Below, piece after piece: positions 24,201-30,470 of a DNA stretch of 64,000 nucleotides. The first letter of the stretch is position 1. Each line of letters begins with the position of its first letter. The position numbers and the translations under genes were made by a program. The notes beneath the pieces were generated by a model, which made no database searches, had not been told where the DNA came from, and worked only from the letters and a program-made list of their open reading frames with translations. Source of the DNA: an uncultured Bacilli bacterium (lineage in GTDB: Bacteria > Bacillota_I > Bacilli_A > RF39 > UBA660); assembly GCA_944372195.1 (NCBI GenBank), contig CALVYK010000002.1, positions 4,422-68,421 of the forward strand, in the 5' to 3' direction.

Positions 24201-24387
24201 AACTATTGATTCAAATATTGATGGTGAGAAATTATTCTTAGAAACATTTAAAATAAGTAATAATTTTAGATTTGGAACTCGCGGTAAAAATTTAATTATT
24301 ACTTTAAAATTACAAGGATTAGAAAAACATTTTATTTATTACTTAATTGATTTATTATTCGTAATTGAAAAAGCAAAAAAAGTATAA
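21271..24387 (+). CDS. mfd: Transcription-repair coupling factor Mfd
   Basis: CarD-like domain GDYVVHNVHGIGRY, plus DEAD/helicase motifs GDVGYGKTE and DEEQRFG. I chose the ATG at 21271, after the GGAGG RBS. Confidence 0.95.
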   Translation: MIFNKLFNDYSNNDIGGLTDELKCIYIANNFKENTLVVCNSLYEANKFYQTLKNYVDNVYFFPMDDFMTSQVLAISPDFKMTRLETLNNIDDKCIVVTNLMGYLRFLPPKDIFKKSFIKLKVNDDIKDLDRKLYDIGYEKDTIINKSGDMAVRGYVIDVFPINYDNPIRIEFWGDTIESIRKFDINTQLTIETIDEVDIIPNTEELSSDYVDIYSYLNGKVYYNEFEDIKTGYEQLMNEVLEYDTSKKYFFDFKEYDSIKLSNNYGEFNYNSFKIEDRFNNIKDILKYKNKTIVICVSNRYQANKIIDEIDCVFTNVNQIFEKKINVVIFNINEGFIFNDYVFISENEIFNKKNSIPYKTNFKYGTKIKDISKLEIGDYVVHNVHGIGRYLGLKTMNKNGLIKDYLQIEYKDGDKLYIPVEKIDLISKYASKDGYIPKINKLGSSEWSKVKMRARAKAHDIAQELLKTFALREVNKGFKFKEDDETQILFEKQFPYQETPDQLKVLDEIKKDMESSHPMDRLLCGDVGYGKTEIAFRAAFKAILSGKQVALLCPTTILSNQHFLNALDRFKEFPVNIRLINRFTTPKVYKDTLLKLQEGSIDFVIGTHRLLNDEIKYKDLGLLIIDEEQRFGVTHKEKIKKLKTNIDVLTLSATPIPRTLQMSLSGIKGLSTIETPPSNRYPVQTYVLNYNTKIIKDAIYKELSRSGQCFILYNHVDSIASKAKEIQDLVKDAKVVYAHGRMNKTDIEDIMLKFINKEYDVLVCTTIIETGIDIPNVNTLIILEADRLGLSQLYQLRGRVGRTNKIAYCYLMYSKILSEIATKRLNAIKEFTELGSGLSIARRDLSLRGAGDFLGDEQSGFIDSIGIELFTELLKQEIDKLKGVYVKEEEDTQPLIEVDTYISDSYVKEMDLKIEIHKKINEIDSYDKLVSVQKELEDRFGKLDDKLIIYMYQEWFESLASKLNIISIKQNSKEIELTIDSNIDGEKLFLETFKISNNFRFGTRGKNLIITLKLQGLEKHFIYYLIDLLFVIEKAKKV

Positions 24388-24404
24388 AACTTTAAAAAAT
24401 TTTC

Positions 24405-24414
24405 CGCGCGCGCG
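24405..24414. repeat. (CG)5 alternating tract
   Basis: CGCGCGCGCG embedded in otherwise pure A+T intergenic DNA, 12 bp upstream of the predicted -35 of the DGR target gene. Confidence 0.9.
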
Positions 24415-24425
24415 TAATTTAGGTC

Positions 24426-24454
24426 TTGCAATTAATAAAAAAATAATGTATAAT
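24426..24454 (+). promoter_or_regulatory. Predicted sigma-A-type promoter of the DGR target gene
   Basis: TTGCAA (24426-24431), a 17-nt spacer, then TATAAT (24449-24454) with TG immediately upstream. Confidence 0.5.
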
Positions 24455-24497
24455 TACATTAAGGTAGTAAAACTATCATAGTGGAAGGGAGAAATTT

Positions 24498-25961
24498 ATG
24501 AAAAATAAAAAGTTAGGTTTTACTTTAATTGAACTATTAGCAGTTATTATTATATTAGCTATAGTAGCACTTATAGCTACACCAATAATATTAAATGTAA
24601 TAGATGATGAAGAATGTGATGGAGAAGAAGTAGTACAAGGAGAAAGTTTAATTACAACATTATTAGAACAATATAAAGAAGGAAATCAAAAAGGATTAGT
24701 AAAAGATAGTACTAATGAAAATTTATATTATTATACTGGAACAAATGAAGAAGTAAGTAATAACTTTTTATGGTACGGAGGCCATCAATGGAGGGTATTG
24801 GAGTTTGATAAAGAAAAGAAAACATTAACATTGATAACCCAACAACCATTAACAGCAATTCAACCAGCAAGTACTGTATGGACAACTAAAGAAGAATATA
24901 ATTCAAGTTATATAAATGCATGGTTAAATGAATATTTTTGGAATAGTTTAGATAGTAGTATTCAAAATAATATATTAAAGAGTACATTTAATGTAGGAAT
25001 ATATACAGATGTAGATGAAATTACAACAACTCAAAGAGTAGGATTATTAGATGAAGACCAATATAAAAGAGCAGGTGATGGAACAACTGGGAAAGATTCC
25101 TATTTAGATATAAAAGATTATTTTTGGTTAGGTAATAGATATAGTTCGTCTTACGTTTGCCGCGTCCACAGCCTTGGCGCCCTCAGCTACAGTATTCCTT
25201 CGAATGCGTACGGCGTTCGTGCAGTTATAAAAATTTCTGATATAACCATCACCGAAGGTAATGATGGTACTCTTGCGAGCAATTATCAAGTAGCAAATAA
25301 AGCAACGAATACTAGTAATGTACAAGTAGGAGAATATATAAATGTACCATATAGTGGAAGTGATAGTGCTTGCGGAAGTGATAATATGTGCACATTTAGA
25401 GTAGTAAGTAAAGATGAAGATAGTATAAAAGCAGTACTAAATGGATTACTTCCAACAACAAGTAAATATGGAAGTTCAACGACAATAAGTACGGGTCATA
25501 CAATATATCGCCCACTGAATACATTTGTCGAAGGAATAAGTGATATGTATCGATATACAGGAAATAAAACATTCTATATAGGAGATTATCCATATGTATC
25601 AGGAACAGGTCAAGATTATAAAGTAGTACAAGATGAAACATTAGAAGCAAGTATTGGATTACCAACAATAGGAGAGATGTTCAGTGGAAATGATATTGAT
25701 ATGGTATATCCTGTTGATGCTGCAAAAACATTTGTAGATGTAAACACAATAGAAAATCCAACTGCATCAAGTTGGTATTGGACAATGAATAGATATAGTT
25801 CGTCTTTCGTTCGCGGCGTCCACAACGATGGCACCCTCATCTACATTAGTCCTTCGCTTGCGTTCGGCGTTCGTGCAGTTATATATCTGAAGTCAGGGAC
25901 TTCAGCCATAACCTTCACTGGAGGTGAAGGTACTCCAAATTCACCGTATGTATTATCATAG
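24498..25961 (+). CDS. DGR target protein: type IV pilin-like N-terminus followed by two tandem variable ligand-binding (C-type-lectin-like) modules
   Basis: The N-terminus KKLG/FTLIELLAVIIILAIVALIA is a prepilin cleavage/methylation signal. Two paralogous modules end in ...NRYSSS(Y/F)V(C/R)(R/G)VH..G.L.Y..PS.A(Y/F)GVRAVI, and both segments match the TR. Confidence 0.85.
   Translation: MKNKKLGFTLIELLAVIIILAIVALIATPIILNVIDDEECDGEEVVQGESLITTLLEQYKEGNQKGLVKDSTNENLYYYTGTNEEVSNNFLWYGGHQWRVLEFDKEKKTLTLITQQPLTAIQPASTVWTTKEEYNSSYINAWLNEYFWNSLDSSIQNNILKSTFNVGIYTDVDEITTTQRVGLLDEDQYKRAGDGTTGKDSYLDIKDYFWLGNRYSSSYVCRVHSLGALSYSIPSNAYGVRAVIKISDITITEGNDGTLASNYQVANKATNTSNVQVGEYINVPYSGSDSACGSDNMCTFRVVSKDEDSIKAVLNGLLPTTSKYGSSTTISTGHTIYRPLNTFVEGISDMYRYTGNKTFYIGDYPYVSGTGQDYKVVQDETLEASIGLPTIGEMFSGNDIDMVYPVDAAKTFVDVNTIENPTASSWYWTMNRYSSSFVRGVHNDGTLIYISPSLAFGVRAVIYLKSGTSAITFTGGEGTPNSPYVLS
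25139..25226 (+). other. DGR variable region 1 (VR1)
   Basis: 88-nt match to the TR. By hand count there are 22 mismatches, 15 of them at TR adenines. Confidence 0.85.
25793..25880 (+). other. DGR variable region 2 (VR2)
   Basis: 88-nt match to the TR. By hand count there are 21 mismatches, 16 of them at TR adenines. Confidence 0.85.
25887..25905 (+). promoter_or_regulatory. GC-containing hairpin just 3' of VR2 (candidate DGR target-recognition hairpin/cruciform)
   Basis: CTGAAGTC-AGG-GACTTCAG, an 8-bp perfect stem that starts 7 nt after the end of VR2. Confidence 0.5.
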
Positions 25962-26041
25962 AAATTTAATTATCATAGAAAAAAAAGAAACTCTTATAAA
26001 TAAAGGGTTTCTTTTTGACTTTTCTCTGATAACAATTATAA
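25951..26041. repeat. RIT left inverted repeat (IR-L)
   Basis: It is the reverse complement of 29189-29279. It contains two ATTATCATAGAA sub-repeats (25952, 25969) and a terminator-like hairpin AAGAAAC...GTTTCTT. It overlaps the last 11 nt of the target CDS, including the stop codon. Confidence 0.9.
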
Positions 26042-27010
26042 ATTTAATAGTTGGTTTAGTAAATTTTGATCTTCATTCCAATCTGGTAATTTATCATTAA
26101 ATTTTGGATTAACTTTTTCAATAGCTTCAAATTTTGATTTTTCAATCACTTTGGCATATTCCATTGTCGTAATAATAGAAGAATGACCAAGAAGCTCTTG
26201 TATATATACTATATTGACACCTTTATCTAATAAATGCACTGCTCTTGTATGTCTAAATGTATGTGGAGATATTTTTTTATTTAAATTATTAGTACTTTTT
26301 ATAACATCTCTTATAAAATCATTATTCATTCGTTTTCCATTTTTATTAAATAAATAACCATTTTCAATTTTATTTTCTTTAATATATTTAATTAATAAAG
26401 TTTTAGTTTGTTCCATTATAGATACAACTCTTTGTTTGTTACATTTTCCTGTCAAAATAATATACTTGTTTTCTAAATGAATATCATCTATTTTTAAATT
26501 AATAATTTCACTAGCTCTTGCAGCTGTGTCATAAAGAATTGTGAGTAATGTTAAATTTCTTCTACCTTTATTAGTAGACGTATCAATATTATCAAAAAGA
26601 TTTTTTAATTCATCTTCTCTTAGATAAAGAATTACTTTCTTTACTTCTCTTTTTGCTTTAATTGATAATATCTTTCTTATATTATCAATATTATCTATTT
26701 CATCTACTGCACAATATTGGTAAAAAGATTTTATACTTGCCAATCTTTGATTTCTAGTTCTAATACTGTTTTTTTTATTATTTTCTAAATAACTTAAAAA
26801 TTCCAAAATTATTTCTCTAGTTACATTTTCAAATGTGATATTTTTTATTTCGAATCCTTTAACATTGACTAAATATTCTATTAATATTTGAAAAGTTTTT
26901 TTATAGGAACGAATAGTGTGTAATGACATATTTCTTTCTATAATTAAATAATCTTTTAAAAATTTTGATAAATAATATGGAAAGTTTTTATTCATTTGTT
27001 TCACCAACAT
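26036..27010 (-). CDS. Tyrosine recombinase, RitC-like
   Basis: 324 aa with the phage-integrase catalytic signature ...HTFRHTRAVHLL...LLGHSSIITTMEY. Confidence 0.8.
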   Translation of the reverse strand: MLVKQMNKNFPYYLSKFLKDYLIIERNMSLHTIRSYKKTFQILIEYLVNVKGFEIKNITFENVTREIILEFLSYLENNKKNSIRTRNQRLASIKSFYQYCAVDEIDNIDNIRKILSIKAKREVKKVILYLREDELKNLFDNIDTSTNKGRRNLTLLTILYDTAARASEIINLKIDDIHLENKYIILTGKCNKQRVVSIMEQTKTLLIKYIKENKIENGYLFNKNGKRMNNDFIRDVIKSTNNLNKKISPHTFRHTRAVHLLDKGVNIVYIQELLGHSSIITTMEYAKVIEKSKFEAIEKVNPKFNDKLPDWNEDQNLLNQLLNL

Positions 27011-27947
27011 CTGGAATTAAATATCCTAGTTCCTTTTCAGATATATTATTAACTGTTTTTAGAATATCTTTGTTAATATGAAAATAATAAGAAACAGAAT
27101 CTATACTTTTATGACCTAATTGAACCTCTAGTATAGGCATAATTATATTAATATCTTTATCCAATTTTATATACTTATCAATATTATGAACGACAAAAGT
27201 GTGCCTCAAATCGTGTAATCTTGGCCCTTTATCAGTTATTTTTATATTTGATAAAATTAATACTTTTCTAAAATACTTTATAATACTATTTTTAGATGTT
27301 TTAAAAATATTTTCATTTGATTTATTATTACGAAAAAATTTAATGACGAAATAATTTATTTCTTTGTTTAAACCATCTGAAATAGCAACATATCTTTCTT
27401 CATTATTTTTTGAATTTCTAATTTTGAAGATAGATAAATTGAAATAATAATCTTTAATTTTAAGATTTAAAACTTCACCTATACGCATACCTGTCTGGTA
27501 AAGGATTTTAATTACTAAAGGATAAGCTATTTGTTTATAATAGTCGTAATGATAACTATTCAAAGGAATTTTTAAATTTAAATAAATTAATTTTATTTCT
27601 TTATATGAAAATATATAAGGTAAAAAATTGTTATGATTTTGTGGATATACTTTATTAGGTATTTGATAACAATCTATATTTTTTTGATATTTTAAATATT
27701 TACAAAATTCTCTAAATACGATCATATTTCTAGATATAGCATTTGAAGATAAATTAAGATTTAATCGTGCATAATTTTCGGTAACATCTTTTGTTATTTC
27801 GTTAACATTATTTTTTATTAAATATTGTTTAATTGCTTTAATAATTGTTTGTTCTGTTTTATATTTATAACCTAAAAATTGTTTAAATTGAATAAATTCA
27901 TCAAATATGATATTATAATCATACATTATTGTTCTACCTCCAAACAA
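26988..27947 (-). CDS. Tyrosine recombinase, RitB-like
   Basis: 319 aa with RLHDLRHTFVVH...LGHKSIDSVSYY. Confidence 0.8.
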   Translation of the reverse strand: MFGGRTIMYDYNIIFDEFIQFKQFLGYKYKTEQTIIKAIKQYLIKNNVNEITKDVTENYARLNLNLSSNAISRNMIVFREFCKYLKYQKNIDCYQIPNKVYPQNHNNFLPYIFSYKEIKLIYLNLKIPLNSYHYDYYKQIAYPLVIKILYQTGMRIGEVLNLKIKDYYFNLSIFKIRNSKNNEERYVAISDGLNKEINYFVIKFFRNNKSNENIFKTSKNSIIKYFRKVLILSNIKITDKGPRLHDLRHTFVVHNIDKYIKLDKDINIIMPILEVQLGHKSIDSVSYYFHINKDILKTVNNISEKELGYLIPDVGETNE

Positions 27948-29143
27948 ACTTTTTTTAAATTTTTTATATCAATTTTTAAATAAGTAGAAACTGTTGTATT
28001 TATGTTTGAGTGACCTAAGGTAGACGATATAATGGGTATGGGAATATTATTATCTAACATATTTGTAGCCAATGAATGTCTTAGATTATGTATTCCTTTT
28101 TTTGTATTTTTAACTTCAAAATCACATTTATCAAAATATTTATTAAAATCAGTAAAATAATTTAATTTTTCAAATGGATATTTCATCTTAACAAATAAAT
28201 ATTCATTTTTACATTTAGGTCTAGCTTTTCTTATATAATTAATAATTGCCCATCCAACTTCTTTTGACAAAGGTAATGTATTTAGATTATTTGTTTTGGG
28301 CTGAATAACATTTATTTTATAATTTTTCCAATCAATGTCTTTTAATTTGATATTTAAAATGTCACTTATTCTAAGTCCAAGTCTAGCAGCAATTAAAATA
28401 ATGGTATAACTTCTAATGTCTATATTTTTTTCTTTAGGGATACTTTCGAGTAATTTTTGAACTTCATCAACTTTTAAATATGTAGGTAATTTTCTTTTGT
28501 TTTTCCCATGTATTACAGGAATATAAACTGATAAATCTTCTAATAATATGTTTTCTATAAATAAATATTTTAGAAAATCTCTTAAAACATAAAAATTTTT
28601 TCTTTTAGATGTATTACCTTTTTCTACAATTTTATTTATAAATTTTGTTATATCTAATCTAGACAAATTTTCTATTTTATTAATACCATTTTGATAAAAA
28701 TAAGACAATAGATTAATTAGATAACTTTTTTTAATAAATAAACTACTATCAGAATTTTGTTTTATATTTTTTGCATAATCTAAATAATTATCTAAAATAA
28801 TGTTCCAATTATTAGGATAATTAGAATATAAAGCATTAGGTAAACTTCTCTTCAAAATAAAATTTTTATATGCATTAAAATCATCAAGAATCCTTTTGGA
28901 TCTCATTAATTGTTGATATCTCGATTTTGATTTGTTTGTATATTTATTTACATCAAAATTATAATAATCAAACAAAAAATTACAATAGTCTTGTTCATTA
29001 TAAATAAAATAATTCTCATTTTTCCAAATTATAAACTTCTTCCATATCTTTAGATAACCATCCATAGTTTTTATAGAATATCCAATTTCAAGTGCCTCCT
29101 TTCTAATGTTTTTAATATATGTTTTAAAATCTTGTGTATTCAT
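27926..29143 (-). CDS. Tyrosine recombinase, RitA-like (largest, first in the operon)
   Basis: 405 aa with GLRISD...HNLRHSLATNML...LGHSNINTTVSTY. An AAGGAG RBS lies upstream. Confidence 0.8.
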   Translation of the reverse strand: MNTQDFKTYIKNIRKEALEIGYSIKTMDGYLKIWKKFIIWKNENYFIYNEQDYCNFLFDYYNFDVNKYTNKSKSRYQQLMRSKRILDDFNAYKNFILKRSLPNALYSNYPNNWNIILDNYLDYAKNIKQNSDSSLFIKKSYLINLLSYFYQNGINKIENLSRLDITKFINKIVEKGNTSKRKNFYVLRDFLKYLFIENILLEDLSVYIPVIHGKNKRKLPTYLKVDEVQKLLESIPKEKNIDIRSYTIILIAARLGLRISDILNIKLKDIDWKNYKINVIQPKTNNLNTLPLSKEVGWAIINYIRKARPKCKNEYLFVKMKYPFEKLNYFTDFNKYFDKCDFEVKNTKKGIHNLRHSLATNMLDNNIPIPIISSTLGHSNINTTVSTYLKIDIKNLKKVCLEVEQ

Positions 29144-29188
29144 ATATACACGCTCCTTTTCTAGCTGACTCTATGCCAGCAGAAAATA

Positions 29189-29279
29189 TTATAATTGTTA
29201 TCAGAGAAAAGTCAAAAAGAAACCCTTTATTTATAAGAGTTTCTTTTTTTTCTATGATAATTAAAGTTCTATGATAATA
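29189..29279. repeat. RIT right inverted repeat (IR-R)
   Basis: It is the reverse complement of IR-L. TTCTATGATAAT sub-repeats lie at 29250 and 29267, with a third copy just outside at 29293. Confidence 0.9.
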
Positions 29280-29365
29280 TATATTATCAGAGTTCTATGA
29301 TAATATGTATTACAATAAGCAAATTTAGTAGGAATAATAGTAATGTATAAACGAAGAAAAGACAC

Positions 29366-29390
29366 ACCTTGCCGATGAAAATGGCAAGGT
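29366..29390 (+). other. GC-rich hairpin 24 nt upstream of the TR
   Basis: ACCTTGCC-GATGAAAAT-GGCAAGGT, an 8-bp stem. It may be part of the DGR RNA. Confidence 0.4.
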
Positions 29391-29413
29391 TAGGCAAATA
29401 TGGGTGTAAGGCT

Positions 29414-29501
29414 ATATAGTTCGTCTAACGTTCGCAACGTCAACAACAATGGCAACCTCAACAACAATAGTCCGTCGAACAGTAACGGCGTGCGTGCAGA
29501 T
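29414..29501 (+). other. DGR template repeat (TR)
   Basis: Adenine-rich. In the target frame it reads YSSSNVRNVNNNGNLNNNSPSNSNGVRA, with 11 AAC/AAT codons. It is not inside any ORF and is co-oriented with the VRs and the RT. Confidence 0.85.
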
Positions 29502-29679
29502 TCCTTTTAAACTGAGATTTATATGACTAAGGTTATGTAAAGAGAAGCACTGGGAAACAAGCCTTATTCCCTAGGTATAAATCCTAAAAATATTGGTGAT
29601 AGTACAACTAGAATAAAAGTGGTTTAGTAGAGTAAAATCGAAAAATCGCTTTTTCTTTTGTATTTTTTTGAATAAACAC

Positions 29680-29711
29680 TTGACAACGTGTGTGTGTGTG
29701 TGTGTGATAAT
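29680..29711 (+). promoter_or_regulatory. Predicted promoter of the MutS-like/avd/RT operon, with a (GT)9.5 microsatellite as its spacer
   Basis: TTGACA (29680-29685), a 20-nt spacer made almost entirely of GT repeats, then TGT-GATAAT (an extended -10, hexamer 29706-11). An AGGTGA RBS and the ATG at 29729 follow. Confidence 0.5.
29688..29706. repeat. (GT)9.5 dinucleotide microsatellite
   Basis: GTGTGTGTGTGTGTGTGTG read directly from the sequence. Confidence 0.95.
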
Positions 29712-29728
29712 ATTATCTAGGTGATGAT

Positions 29729-30139
29729 ATGAGATTAGTTGATTTAAGAAATGAATTAAAAGAAGATTATAAAGCTGCAGTTATATTTATGAGATATGGT
29801 AATTTTTATCGGGTATTTGATGATGATTGTTATATTATAGGTGGTTTATTAGGTTATAGAATATATGATAATAGAGTAGGATTTCCTATAACAGAATATA
29901 AAAAAGTAAAAAAAGTATTAGATAGAAATAATATTAGTTATATATTTTATAATATATGTGAAAGTATAAAAGAATTAAATAGTTATGATTTAGTATTGAA
30001 TTATTATAAAAATTATTTTTATAAAAAGGATTTGATGAATCTATTAATAGAACATGATGTTATAAATGAATTAGAAAAAATATTAATATTAATTGATAAA
30101 GATAGGTTAAATAACTTGAGGGAAAAGTATGAAAGATAA
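29729..30139 (+). CDS. DGR accessory protein with a MutS domain-I-like (mismatch-binding domain) N-terminus
   Basis: AVIFMRYGNFYRVFDDDCYIIGGLLGYRI...VGFPITEYKKVKKVLDRNNISY parallels MutS domain I (GDFYELFfeDA...L.itLT....aGvP.h....y...L...G..V). It overlaps avd by 11 nt. Confidence 0.55.
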   Translation: MRLVDLRNELKEDYKAAVIFMRYGNFYRVFDDDCYIIGGLLGYRIYDNRVGFPITEYKKVKKVLDRNNISYIFYNICESIKELNSYDLVLNYYKNYFYKKDLMNLLIEHDVINELEKILILIDKDRLNNLREKYER

Positions 30140-30470
30140 ATTTTATATAATAATTGAAGTTAAAAAAACTATTAATTATATAAATAAAATAATAGTTAAT
30201 TATCCTAAGGTAGAATATGTATTAAAAAATAATATTGAGTTAAGTAGTTATAAGTTATTAGAATATTGTTATAAAGCTAATATTTTAAAAGAAAATAGGT
30301 TAAATTATCAAAAGAAAATAATAATAATTATAAGGATGATTGATTATTATTTTTATTTAAGTTATTTAAATAAATTAATTAATAAAAACAAATATGAAAG
30401 TATTAGTAATTATTTATTAAATATAACTAAATATGTTTATGGGTGGATTAGAAGTGAAAAGGGTAAATAA
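30129..30470 (+). CDS. avd: DGR accessory variability determinant (Avd), four-helix-bundle family
   Basis: 113 aa, predicted helical. The C-terminus ITKYVYGWIRSEKGK resembles the bAvd C-terminus (ILGSWIARVNRK). It lies immediately upstream of the RT and overlaps it. Confidence 0.7.
   Translation: MKDKFYIIIEVKKTINYINKIIVNYPKVEYVLKNNIELSSYKLLEYCYKANILKENRLNYQKKIIIIIRMIDYYFYLSYLNKLINKNKYESISNYLLNITKYVYGWIRSEKGK

Larger units (their letters stand above)
25951..29279 (-). mobile_element. Recombinase-in-trio (RIT) element: three overlapping tyrosine recombinase genes bounded by long inverted repeats
   Basis: 91-bp inverted repeats with 1 mismatch (77 bp perfect: 25965-26041 versus 29189-29265) flank ritA-ritB-ritC. 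The genes are head to tail with overlapping ends. Confidence 0.8.

Noticed and set aside
25128-25840. Minus-strand ORFs 25128-25325, 25396-25668 and 25616-25840 inside the DGR target.
   Set aside because: They are antisense to the pilin-like CDS, which is supported by its signal motif, its internal duplication and the frame-consistent AAY-codon diversification.
29144-29260. The short plus-strand ORF starting at the ATG at 29173-29175 (MPAENIIIVIREK...).
   Set aside because: It lies inside the RIT inverted repeat and mirrors the terminator sequence of the left arm. It has no RBS and is most likely non-coding.
25951-29279. The IR-flanked recombinase segment could be an invertible promoter or shufflon-type switch controlling the DGR target.
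   Set aside because: Everything between the inverted repeats is recombinase coding sequence, and I see no outward-facing promoter or alternative gene ends. The three-recombinase, long-IR architecture fits a RIT mobile element better. Inversion cannot be excluded without read data.
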